Below, piece by piece: positions 9,549 to 18,183 of a stretch of DNA of 64,000 nucleotides (its first letter is position 1; every line of letters begins with the position of its first letter). The position numbers and the translations under genes were made by a program. The DNA lies in assembly GCF_029961145.1 (NCBI RefSeq), contig NZ_JASBRG010000007.1, positions 598,155 through 662,154 on the forward strand. Direction: 5' to 3'. Origin of the DNA: Pinibacter soli. GTDB taxonomy: Bacteria; Bacteroidota; Bacteroidia; Chitinophagales; Chitinophagaceae. Below the pieces are notes generated by a model. The model did no database searches. It saw nothing but the letters and a program-made list of their open reading frames with translations, and was not told the origin of the DNA.

Positions 9549-9900
9549 TTTGGCTCGCAGGTGTGGCAGTCGGTAAGTTAGCGGGGCGGGTTTGTGTGCG
9601 AGGGGCGGGCGTTGGCACAGACACGCAGCGCTGCAAGGCTAAGCTGCATGTCTGCGCCAACGTGGCGACAGCGAGATCGTTCGCGGGCATTTTTGCAGGT
9701 GCAAGTTTCAAAAAAATGTCGCACGATACACACGACACGCTGCTGCACCTACACAATGTTGGCGCGGACATGCAGCCCAGCTTCCGTAGCCTGGCGTGTC
9801 TGTGCCGTGCACTTTCATCGTGGCAGCACTTTTCGCATGCATATCATAACCTATACCTATATTCGCAATTAACAATCTGCATTAGTAACCTGTGGCCAAC
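9549..9900. repeat. GC-rich cluster of imperfect palindromes (candidate REP/BIME-like cluster) directly upstream of the RAYT
   Basis: About 19-bp units in alternating orientation: gttggcacagacacgcagc (about 9612), gctgcatgtctgcgccaac (about 9640), gttggcgcggacatgcagc (about 9758), cgtgtctgtgccgtgcac (about 9800). This is a strongly GC-rich block in an AT-rich neighbourhood. Long ORFs are open in all frames here, which is typical of GC-rich non-coding DNA. Confidence 0.5.
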
Positions 9901-9930
9901 TTAAAAATCTACAATTAAGTTCAAAGCCAC

Positions 9931-10470
9931 ATGAGTAAAAAGTACAAATTCTTAGACAACGAAAAGCCTTACTTCGTCACATTTACTGTCGTTAATTGGA
10001 TCGATCTGTTTACAAGAAATATTTACAAAGACATCTTCCTGGATACCGTTAGATATTGCCAGCAAAACAAGGATCTCGACGTATTTGCGTGGGTCATTAT
10101 GACCAATCACGTGCACATGATAGTAGGCAGCAGAGGCAATCCATTAAGTAACATTATGCGAGATTTGAAACGGCACACATCAGAGAAATTGCATATCGCC
10201 CTTGAAGCTAACAAGAGGGAAAGCAGAAGAGAATGGATGCTGTGGCTGATGATGCGTGCAGGCAGTAAAATGGGTTTAAAATTTCAGCTTTGGCAGCCGG
10301 AAAGCCATCCAATGGAATTGAGCTCTCCTTTTATTGCAAATCAAAAGCTGCATTACCTGCATCAAAATCCTGTCAAAGCCGGCTTTGTTTCAAAAGAAGA
10401 AGAATGGACGTATAGTAGTGCAGGAGATTATCATGGCCGCAAGGGATTGCTGGAGGTAATACTAATTTGA
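9931..10470 (+). CDS. REP-associated tyrosine transposase (RAYT; IS200/IS605-like HuH TnpA family)
   Basis: HuH motif VIMTNHVHMIVG. C-terminal LWQPESHPMEL...HYLHQNPVKAGFVSKEEEWTYSS parallels E. coli YafM/RayT (IWQPRFWEH...YIYINPVKHGWV..W.FSS). Single gene, about 180 aa. Confidence 0.8.
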   Translation: MSKKYKFLDNEKPYFVTFTVVNWIDLFTRNIYKDIFLDTVRYCQQNKDLDVFAWVIMTNHVHMIVGSRGNPLSNIMRDLKRHTSEKLHIALEANKRESRREWMLWLMMRAGSKMGLKFQLWQPESHPMELSSPFIANQKLHYLHQNPVKAGFVSKEEEWTYSSAGDYHGRKGLLEVILI

Positions 10471-10566
10471 AAATTTTCAAATGCTTTGAGCGCAGGTTTC
10501 GTTATTGATTCTAAAATTGATCGAATGACAAGATAAATTTTATTGCGTAGAGCGATACACAGAATG

Positions 10567-10596
10567 CATTTTCAAATTAGCGTATTTTCAATTTCA
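10567..10596. repeat. Right copy of the direct repeat flanking the RAYT module
   Basis: attttcaaattagcgtattttcaatttcag. Confidence 0.6.
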
Positions 10597-10599
10597 GAT

Positions 10600-11082
10600 T
10601 TACGTCCTCGGCTTTGCAGAGATAAAAAATTCAACCCGCAATGCCGGATAGATATGCGAAGATTTATCCACGTTCTTGTAGTAAACGCCGGCATCTATAG
10701 TCATTCCATTTTTCTTTCTAAATACCAGGTCCTTGCCCACAGTTAGGTTAGCAGTGAATTGTTCGCCCGACACCTCATCCGGAAGATATGTACCACCCTG
10801 CCGGCAAAACCATGTTTTTTGTGCGAGTTTGGGATTCTTATTTCCAAAATATAACCTGTGCTCAAGGCTAATAGTCGGATATATTTCATCATAGGCAGGG
10901 GTCACCCCGGCATTTACCCCAAGTTGGCTCCAGCTGGCAAACCTGTAAGTTACACCCGCATGGATCAATTCAGGCAACGATAACCCGAGTACAAATCGTG
11001 TTTTGGATTCTTTTATTTCCTGCGCATAAGCGTGCTGTATAAAGGGGTATACCACCAAAACGAGTACAAATAGCGGCTTCAT
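10600..11082 (-). CDS. Hypothetical secreted protein, possibly a small beta-barrel or OMP-like fold
   Basis: Signal peptide MKPLFVLVLVVYPFIQHAYAQ, then alternating hydrophobic beta-strand-like segments. No recognised motif. Confidence 0.5.
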   Translation of the reverse strand: MKPLFVLVLVVYPFIQHAYAQEIKESKTRFVLGLSLPELIHAGVTYRFASWSQLGVNAGVTPAYDEIYPTISLEHRLYFGNKNPKLAQKTWFCRQGGTYLPDEVSGEQFTANLTVGKDLVFRKKNGMTIDAGVYYKNVDKSSHIYPALRVEFFISAKPRT

Positions 11083-11243
11083 ATAGACGGTTTTAGGATT
11101 TAATTATTGTTTTCACGACCCGGGGATTGGCGCTGTTGTATAAAACGCTGAGCTACGTTGAAGATATAAAAGTTCGGAGGCAATTGCAAAGCGATGGATG
11201 ATAATTTGAGGTTAATCTGGCAATTTTAAAATTCCCGGAACCT

Positions 11244-11486
11244 CTAATGTAAAGGAATCGTGTATATAATCTTGCCTTCCTGAATACCCTGATCCCATTT
11301 AATAATAAAAGCGCTTCTACCGTCCGATACGGCAAACACATCGGATGTGGTGTTATTTATTTTCGAGGGCAAATCCTTTGCCAGAGCAGTATTTGTCTTA
11401 ATTGCATAGATCAGAATTGCTACTGCAAATATTAATGACGAACAACTCATCATTAACTTGTACCAATTAGCGGATAAAAATTTCAT
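11244..11486 (-). CDS. Small hypothetical membrane protein (80 aa)
   Basis: One predicted TM helix (LMMSCSSLIFAVAILIYAI). Weak support. Confidence 0.3.
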   Translation of the reverse strand: MKFLSANWYKLMMSCSSLIFAVAILIYAIKTNTALAKDLPSKINNTTSDVFAVSDGRSAFIIKWDQGIQEGKIIYTIPLH

Positions 11487-11567
11487 GACTAAGTTTTTAA
11501 AAAATGATTAATCGTTCACCACATTTAGAAGGAATTGCGCATCTGGTGCATTTTCAATTTCTGCCCC

Positions 11568-12143
11568 TCACCCTACTTTCTCATCGAAAAAAACTTCAAA
11601 AGAATCCCGTACATAACGGCCGCAAGTTTTTTTGCTTTCGTTAATGGAAGTCACTTTGATGATATCATTATCACCATACCTCATCTCCAGGCAACATTTT
11701 TTGAAAGCTTTTTGCCATGTCATTAATGATGTTTTAACCCAGCTTCCATTCCTTGCAATTACTTCATGATTCTCTACATGGTCACCCAAATGATGCCAGA
11801 GACATCCGCTTGTTTTCCTGAATTCTTTCCTGATATTTTGCTTTACCTTATGAACTTTCACATAATAACCATCCCAATCAAAGGCATCAATATCTTCCTT
11901 TATTTTTTCTAATTCTTCAGCAGGTAATGTTTCGTCATACGCTGGCAATTTTGTTTTAGGAAACTGGTGAGGTTGAGTTTTAGGCAAACTTCCTATCAGG
12001 AAAAATTCCTGAACAGTATAAGGAAACGCATAGAATCCGCGAGGTGCGGGCGGTTTATGAAAGCCTCGTTCACCAAAACCTTGCTGCTTATTAAGATTTA
12101 ATGATCCAAAGCGAACAAAATGTGTGAGGTCCTTTTTCTTCAT
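11568..12143 (-). CDS. Hypothetical protein
   Basis: ORF runs to 12209. The likely start is the internal Met (MKKKDLTHF...) at 12143. Contains a His-rich segment WHHLGDHVENHEV. No recognised family. Confidence 0.45.
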   Translation of the reverse strand: MKKKDLTHFVRFGSLNLNKQQGFGERGFHKPPAPRGFYAFPYTVQEFFLIGSLPKTQPHQFPKTKLPAYDETLPAEELEKIKEDIDAFDWDGYYVKVHKVKQNIRKEFRKTSGCLWHHLGDHVENHEVIARNGSWVKTSLMTWQKAFKKCCLEMRYGDNDIIKVTSINESKKTCGRYVRDSFEVFFDEKVG

Positions 12144-12248
12144 GCAGAAAATAAACTTTAATATACAAAGGAAAGAACAAAAAATAAACGCACTTAATTT
12201 TGAAAGCATTAATTTGAAATGAAGAATAAAAATTATTAAAAGAGAATA

Positions 12249-12596
12249 ATGTTAGACAATAAGTTTTGCTGGTTTCTTGAACTCGAAATATCAAATGCCC
12301 TCGCTTCTTCTAAAGACGATAACTTAAAAGGCTTTTGGTGCGATGGTGTTTTGTTGCCAACTTTTGAAAATGACTATTCTAAAAAGTTTGTGAATGATAG
12401 CCGCCAAATAACTATGACTGCATTTATCGGTCTGACAGGTCAGGATCAATACGAGCTGATCCTGCGATTTGGCCCTACGGCACTAAGCAAGTATGCAAGA
12501 GATCTGGATATTTCTGAATGTATACCAAAAGACAAAACCGACGAGTGGTTTTACATCGACCTAAAGGAAAAGACAGTTATTATTCAAACGGATTAA
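12249..12596 (+). CDS. Hypothetical protein (115 aa)
   Basis: ORF only. No recognised motif. Confidence 0.35.
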   Translation: MLDNKFCWFLELEISNALASSKDDNLKGFWCDGVLLPTFENDYSKKFVNDSRQITMTAFIGLTGQDQYELILRFGPTALSKYARDLDISECIPKDKTDEWFYIDLKEKTVIIQTD

Positions 12597-12669
12597 AAGA
12601 AGAAAAAGCAATGGACGATGGACCGCCGAAATACAAAACGCTAAAGCAAAACGGCTATATTTATTACTC

Positions 12670-12697
12670 AGACAAGGCAATGCCTTGTCTCTACAGG
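12670..12697. repeat. Palindromic repeat GACAAGGCAATGCCTTGTCTCTAC, copy 3; supplies the stop codon of 12691-12900
   Basis: agacaaggcaatgccttgtctctacagg. The CTA at 12691-12693 is the reverse-complemented TAG stop of the minus-strand ORF. Confidence 0.7.
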
Positions 12698-12900
12698 ATT
12701 TCATCTTCCTCCAGTTCCTTGCCATTATAAACTGCATATTTCAATACCATTACCACCATCCATATTACCAGAAATGGAGCTAGTAAAAACATAATCATCA
12801 ACAGATTGACAGGAGTATTTTGGGCCTGTGTAAGTATGGTAAAAACCAACAAGTATAATGTTACAAACCCGGCGGCGAACTGATAATTTTTCATTACCAT
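12691..12900 (-). CDS. Small hypothetical two-TM membrane protein (69 aa)
   Basis: Two hydrophobic helices (FAAGFVTLYLLVFTILT; LMIMFLLAPFLVIWMVVMVL). Confidence 0.35.
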   Translation of the reverse strand: MVMKNYQFAAGFVTLYLLVFTILTQAQNTPVNLLMIMFLLAPFLVIWMVVMVLKYAVYNGKELEEDEIL

Positions 12901-13000
12901 AAGTTTGAACAGAAGATAATAAAATTGTGCCTCGAATCAAAGCGCTGCCTCTCCTTTTACCCAAAAAGATTACCGTAATTTTAGCGCGATTTTATCAGCT

Positions 13001-13852
13001 ATGAAACAAACAACGCAATCATTGCAGCCGGATAATACAGCAGTCAGAACAGCTTTATGGCGGGCATTACACGTGCAGGTGGACGCTACACCACACATCA
13101 TCGACGACAGACTCGGATTGCAGCTTGTGGCCCCTCCAGAGGGCTGGCAGGAACGTCCGGATATGAAGTTCACCAAACGCCTTCGAGCCTCTATTGTGGC
13201 CCGCGCAAGGTTTATCGAAGATCTGATCATTGAGCAAAGCAAAAAAGGCATTGAACAATATGTTATTCTTGGCGCAGGATTGGACACATTTGCGCAACGC
13301 AGGCCAGACATTTCCGCTCATTTGCAGATATTCGAAATCGATCAGCCGGATACATTGGCGTGGAAACAAATGCGGTTAACAGAACTCGGTTTCGGCGTTC
13401 CCGATTCTTTGCATTTTGTACAGGTAGATTTTGAAAAATCTTCATGGTGGACGGAATTATTGAAAGCGGGTTTCGCTAAAAACAAACCTGCTGTTGTTGC
13501 CTGCACCGGCGTTACGTTATATCTCACAAAAGATGCGATCATTTCCACTTTAAAACAAATCGCAGCGCTTGCAACCGGCTCAACACTTGCGATGACATTT
13601 TATCTACCCATAGATTTACTTGATGAGGAAGACCGGCCCATGCAGGAAATTGCAGACAAGGGCGCACGGGCTGCGGGCACGCCATTCGTGAGCTTTTTTG
13701 CACCGCAAGAAGTATTAGAACTCGCTCGTGAAGCTGGTTTTAAGGAAGCGAAGACTATCTCAACAAAAGACATGGAACAACTTTATTTTGCAGAAAGAAC
13801 GGATGGTTTAGTGCCGGCAAGCGGAGAATTGTTTCTTGTTGCAAACAGCTGA
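13001..13852 (+). CDS. Class I SAM-dependent methyltransferase (leucine carboxyl methyltransferase / TIGR00027-like family)
   Basis: YVILGAGLDTFAQR...IFEIDQPDTLAWK...VVACTGVTLYLTKDAI matches the LCM-type O-methyltransferase fold. Confidence 0.8.
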   Translation: MKQTTQSLQPDNTAVRTALWRALHVQVDATPHIIDDRLGLQLVAPPEGWQERPDMKFTKRLRASIVARARFIEDLIIEQSKKGIEQYVILGAGLDTFAQRRPDISAHLQIFEIDQPDTLAWKQMRLTELGFGVPDSLHFVQVDFEKSSWWTELLKAGFAKNKPAVVACTGVTLYLTKDAIISTLKQIAALATGSTLAMTFYLPIDLLDEEDRPMQEIADKGARAAGTPFVSFFAPQEVLELAREAGFKEAKTISTKDMEQLYFAERTDGLVPASGELFLVANS

Positions 13853-13957
13853 GTAAATGCGATCTACAGAAATCTTTTTTTATTTTGAACCAGTTTAATT
13901 TGAACAAGCATCATGAACCGAAATGTCGCGAAATAAAACATCAACCTAACATTTTTC

Positions 13958-14183
13958 GAGATTGCTTCGACCCATTCCCTAGACTTCAGAAATTGGTTTC
14001 CTTTTACAATCTCCATCCTCCGCGGGGTCTCGCAATGACGGCGCAACCATTTTGAGCTTTACCCAACAGCCTGTTACCTCAAAATTCGGGAATCAGCACG
14101 TCATTGCGAGCCCGAGCGGGGAATGAATGGTTGAATTATAACAAGTAAAATAAACAAACAAGAACCGGGCGAAGCAATCTCAT
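13958..14183. repeat. Nested inverted repeats forming a large potential stem-loop in a convergent intergenic
   Basis: Outer pair gagattgcttcg (13958-13969) and cgaagcaatctc (14172-14183). Inner pair ctcgcaatgacg (about 14024-14035) and cgtcattgcgag (about 14100-14111), flanking about 65 nt. Confidence 0.45.
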
Positions 14184-14219
14184 TCAAAAGAGGTGCTCTT
14201 AAGGAAACGACATTAATTC

Positions 14220-14708
14220 CTAATTCTTAATCACCTTCTTCTTTTTCATCTCCGCGATCACCAGTTTCAGCTTTCCTTCTGCAACCTGCCCTTCGACAAA
14301 TTTGCGATAGCCGGTTGCGTTATTTACAAACAAACTGGCGGGTATAGCACCGCTCCATTTTTTTTCGATAAGCGGGCAAAACAGATCGGCATTGGTTTCG
14401 TTAAGCCAGGCGATAGGTGCCGTGAACTTTTGTTTAGTGGCGAAATTGTCAATCTTCGCGGGATAGTAATCTGGCAAATCGAGGCTCACCAGTAGTAATT
14501 CTACGGTATCCTTTGCAGTCTGGGTTTGAAAGTATGGTATTTCCTTACAGCATGGAGTACAGAAAGTGGCCCAGAAACTCACGATTAGCGGCCCTTTCGA
14601 CTGCTGAATATAGTCCGCCAACTGTGTGATTCGTATTTTTTTGATTTTTTGAGCAAAAATGGCATCAAAAATGCAAAGCATCAAGATAAGGATAGTTACT
14701 TTTTTCAT
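14220..14708 (-). CDS. Thioredoxin-like (TlpA/redoxin family) protein
   Basis: Signal peptide, then an FWATFCTPCCKEIP CxxC redox motif in a thioredoxin-fold context. Confidence 0.75.
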   Translation of the reverse strand: MKKVTILILMLCIFDAIFAQKIKKIRITQLADYIQQSKGPLIVSFWATFCTPCCKEIPYFQTQTAKDTVELLLVSLDLPDYYPAKIDNFATKQKFTAPIAWLNETNADLFCPLIEKKWSGAIPASLFVNNATGYRKFVEGQVAEGKLKLVIAEMKKKKVIKN

Positions 14709-14856
14709 GATAGGTCAATTTACAAAATACTGAAACAAAATAATGTCCGTTTATGATATATTGTTTTCCATATTAGCATTTACTTGCAACGTTAGTGCCT
14801 TATTTTTGCGACTACTTAAAATTCAATTAAATAAAAACTAGAAAACCCGGATATCC

Positions 14857-17800
14857 ATGCTAAAGAAAACGCTAAAAATCGTTGGGATCATTTTGCTGGT
14901 ATTGATAGTGGTTGCCTTTGCGGCTCCGTTTATTTTTAAGAGTAAGATCCTTAAAATAGCAAAGACCGAGATCAACAAAACACTCAATGCGAAAACAGAA
15001 TTTTCCGATGTAGACATTTCGTTCTTCCGGCATTTCCCTCGCGTAGCAGTGGCGCTTGACAACCTCAGCATTACCGGCGTTGAAAGTTTCGAAAAAGACA
15101 CACTGATTGCTGCGAAAAGAATCGATCTGGCGCTAAACATCATGAGCGTTATCAAGGGCGACGAAATGAACATTTACTCCGTTACCATTGATGAACCGCG
15201 CATCCACGCCATTGTGAATAAAGATGGCAAGGCTAACTGGGATATTACTAAGCCTGATACGGCCAAAGTAGACACCAGCACCTCCCCTTCATCTTTTAAA
15301 ATGAAGCTGAACAAATACTCCATCAACAACGGTTACATCAGCTACAAAGATGAGCAGGGAAATATGAGCGCAGAGATCACAAATCTTAATCACGAAGGTA
15401 GCGGCGACTTCACGTCTGACCTTTTTACACTCGCAACAAAAACTGACGCAGACGAAGTAAACTTTAGCTACGGCGGCGTTCCATATTTAAACAGAACAAA
15501 AACTTCTATCGATCTGGATATACAGGTGGATAATAAAAACAGTAAATACACTTTTAAAACAGACAAGATCGCGTTGAATGATCTTAAGATCAGCTCAGAA
15601 GGTTTCTTTCAATTGGTGAATGACAGCACGTATGGAATGGATGTTAAATTCAATGCGCCTTCTACTGACTTCAAGTCAATTCTTTCTTTAATTCCTTCTA
15701 TTTATCAAACTGATTTTAATAAAATAAAAACCAGCGGTAGTGCACTTTTCAACGGTTTTGTAAAAGGGACTTATAGCCCTAAACAAATTCCTGCATACAA
15801 TCTTAACCTTGAGGTAAAGGATGGTTTCTTCCAATACCCTGACCTTCCAAAACCAGTTAAGAACATTAACCTTGCAGTAAAAATAGACAACCCTGATGGT
15901 GTTACAGACAACACGGTGGTTGATCTTTCCAGAGGTCATATTGAAATGGACAATATGCCGTTTGATTTCCGTTTGTTATTGAAGAAACCAATGACGGATC
16001 GCTATATCGATGCGGCAGCAAAAGGAAGACTTGATCTTTCACAGGTTACACAATTCGTAAAGCTGGATGGCTCTACAAAACTTGCAGGTGTGGTGGATGC
16101 AGATGTTGCAGGAAAAGGAAATCTCTCTGTGATCATGCAACAGAAACCAGGCGAATTCAGTGCAAAAGGATTTATTGATGTAAACAAATTGTACTATGCA
16201 TCAAAAGATTTTCCACAACCGATCCAAAATACCAGTGCGAAGATAATCATTGACAATCCTGATGGCGTACCGGATCACACAACAATACAAATTCCTGCGG
16301 CACACGTGGAAGTGGGCAAAGATTATGGCGATCTTACTTTGTCATTGAAAAATCCCGCTACCGATCCTGATTTTGATGGCACTGCAAAAATTGCATTCAA
16401 TCTGGCAAACGTTGCACAGTTCTACAAATTTGAACCGGGCACTTCTCTGGTGGGAAATTTGAATGCCAATGTGAGTTTTAAAGGGAAAAAATCATACATC
16501 GATAAATCGCAGTATGACGCTATTCAAATGGCGGGAACACTGGCAGCGAATAACATCGTGTACAAATCAAAAGATTACCCTGATGGCGTTGAACTGAAAA
16601 CATCTCAACTTACTTTCAATCCTAAAAACATAACGGTTAATAACCTTGCAGGAAATTTCCAGAAAACAAATTTCAATGCAAACGGCACGTTTGACAACCT
16701 GATTGGTTATTCGTTGAAAGACGAACCTTTGGCGGGAACATTAAATGTAGCTGCTGACAAAATTGATCTCAACAAATGGATGGGCACAACGCCGGCGACA
16801 GACACTGCTGCAGCTGCCGCTTCATCAGAACCCTTTGTTGTACCTGCGAACATTTCATTTGTATTAAATGCAAAAGCCGATCAGGTAAAATATGACAAAG
16901 TCGACTACAACAATGTTGCCGGAACGGTGATCATTAAAGATCAAACTGTAACATTGAAAAATGTAAGCACACAAGCATTGGATGGCTCTATCGCAATTGA
17001 CGGAAGCTATTCTACAAAAGCAAGTAAAAAGAATCCAGCGATCAGTCTTACATACGACGTAAACAATCTCGATATTCAAAAAACATTTTACGCTTTCAAT
17101 ACGGTACAGAAAATTATGCCTGTCGGCAAATTCATTTCCGGTAAAATGCAGTCTAAGCTGACCATGAATGGAACGTTGGGACAAGACATGATGCCAAATC
17201 TTGGAAGTCTTACAGGAAATGGCAATCTGTTATTATTGCAAGGTGTATTGAGCAAATTTGCGCCTGTAGACAAACTGGCTTCTACACTAAATGTAAGCGC
17301 TCTGCAAAACCTTTCGCTAAAAGACGTAAAAGCTTATTTTGATTTCGCCGGCGGTAAAGTATTGGTAAAACCGTTCAAGTTTAATGTAAGCAATATCGAC
17401 ATGGAAGTGGGTGGTACACACGGCCTTGATCAAACGATCGACTATGCGATCAATATGAAAGTACCGCGCAGCATGATGGGAAGCGCAGCCAATAACCTGA
17501 TCAACAACCTGTCCGCAGAAGCAGCGAAAAAAGGCGTTCCTGTTAACGTAGGTGACATTATTCCGCTGACAGTACACATGGGCGGCACTATAACAAACCC
17601 AACCATCAAAACGGACATGGCAAGCGGATCAAACAGTCTTGCCGACGAGATGAAAAAACAAGCAACCGACTTCGCTAAAGCAGCAGCTGATAGCGCGAAA
17701 ATTGCCATCAAAGATTCTGCAAAAGCGATCAAGAACCAGGTGATCAACGATGCGAAGAAAGAAATCACTGATAAGTTGTTTGGTCAAAAAGACACCACAA

Positions 17801-17895
17801 CAGCCACTCCAAATACAGTAGAAGACAACAAAAAGAGAATTGAAAACGCCGGCAAAAGTGTAATCAATGGTCTCTTCAAAAAGAAAGGCAGTTAA
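14857..17895 (+). CDS. AsmA-family outer-membrane assembly protein
   Basis: 1012 aa. N-terminal TM anchor MLKKTLKIVGIILLVLIVVAFAAPFIF, and a long repetitive beta-rich body (KIDLALNIMSVIKGDEMNIYSVTIDEPRIHAIVNKDGKANWDI) typical of AsmA/TamB-like proteins. Confidence 0.85.
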   Translation: MLKKTLKIVGIILLVLIVVAFAAPFIFKSKILKIAKTEINKTLNAKTEFSDVDISFFRHFPRVAVALDNLSITGVESFEKDTLIAAKRIDLALNIMSVIKGDEMNIYSVTIDEPRIHAIVNKDGKANWDITKPDTAKVDTSTSPSSFKMKLNKYSINNGYISYKDEQGNMSAEITNLNHEGSGDFTSDLFTLATKTDADEVNFSYGGVPYLNRTKTSIDLDIQVDNKNSKYTFKTDKIALNDLKISSEGFFQLVNDSTYGMDVKFNAPSTDFKSILSLIPSIYQTDFNKIKTSGSALFNGFVKGTYSPKQIPAYNLNLEVKDGFFQYPDLPKPVKNINLAVKIDNPDGVTDNTVVDLSRGHIEMDNMPFDFRLLLKKPMTDRYIDAAAKGRLDLSQVTQFVKLDGSTKLAGVVDADVAGKGNLSVIMQQKPGEFSAKGFIDVNKLYYASKDFPQPIQNTSAKIIIDNPDGVPDHTTIQIPAAHVEVGKDYGDLTLSLKNPATDPDFDGTAKIAFNLANVAQFYKFEPGTSLVGNLNANVSFKGKKSYIDKSQYDAIQMAGTLAANNIVYKSKDYPDGVELKTSQLTFNPKNITVNNLAGNFQKTNFNANGTFDNLIGYSLKDEPLAGTLNVAADKIDLNKWMGTTPATDTAAAAASSEPFVVPANISFVLNAKADQVKYDKVDYNNVAGTVIIKDQTVTLKNVSTQALDGSIAIDGSYSTKASKKNPAISLTYDVNNLDIQKTFYAFNTVQKIMPVGKFISGKMQSKLTMNGTLGQDMMPNLGSLTGNGNLLLLQGVLSKFAPVDKLASTLNVSALQNLSLKDVKAYFDFAGGKVLVKPFKFNVSNIDMEVGGTHGLDQTIDYAINMKVPRSMMGSAANNLINNLSAEAAKKGVPVNVGDIIPLTVHMGGTITNPTIKTDMASGSNSLADEMKKQATDFAKAAADSAKIAIKDSAKAIKNQVINDAKKEITDKLFGQKDTTTATPNTVEDNKKRIENAGKSVINGLFKKKGS

Positions 17896-17917
17896 TCAAA
17901 GACACTCAACATACTTC

Positions 17918-17955
17918 ACGACCCGTCGGCTTTCTGCTGGCGGGTCTTTTTATTT
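17918..17955 (+). terminator. Probable terminator after the asmA-family gene
   Basis: gacccgtcggctttctgctggcgggtcttttta: imperfect GC stem plus a T-run. Confidence 0.45.
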
Positions 17956-17956
17956 C

Positions 17957-18143
17957 ACGCAAAGGTGCAAAGGGAAAACAAAGGACGCAAAGGATATGAC
18001 GAATTCTGAAGAGCACTCTTGTAATCCAAAGCTTCTCAATTGTGCCTGAAACTTTTTTTATAGACGTTGCTGAGCCGAATATCAAAAATCCTTTGCGTCC
18101 TTTGTTTTCCCTTGGCGCCTTTGCGTGAAACCTTTGCATGAAA
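17957..18143. repeat. GCAAAGG-armed inverted-repeat element
   Basis: Left arm cacgcaaaggtgcaaagggaaaacaaaggacgcaaaggat. Right arm atcctttgcgtcctttgttttcccttggcgcctttgcgtg. These are reverse complements flanking about 90 bp. A related copy lies at 41321-41575. Confidence 0.65.
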
Positions 18144-18183
18144 TACCTGAAATCCTTATATTTAGTATTGAACACCCATTGAC

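Larger units (their letters stand above)
9517..10596. mobile_element. RAYT plus REP-cluster module bounded by direct repeats; possible inserted or domesticated element
   Basis: A 28-bp near-identical direct repeat sits at both ends. Inside are the GC-rich palindrome cluster and the single RAYT gene. The composition break against the flanking AT-rich DNA is sharp. Confidence 0.45.

Noticed and set aside
9449-9904. 151-aa plus-strand ORF, and overlapping 75- and 92-aa ORFs, inside the GC-rich block
   Set aside because: The region is GC-rich, so ORFs are open in several frames at once. It is made of alternating imperfect palindromes. Composition and structure argue for a REP-like non-coding cluster, not a gene.
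12518-12730. 70-aa ORF overlapping the 3' end of 12249-12596 in another frame (possible frameshifted gene)
   Set aside because: The downstream ORF is low-complexity (a poly-Ser tail) and runs through the palindromic repeat. There is no domain evidence that the two frames belong to one protein.
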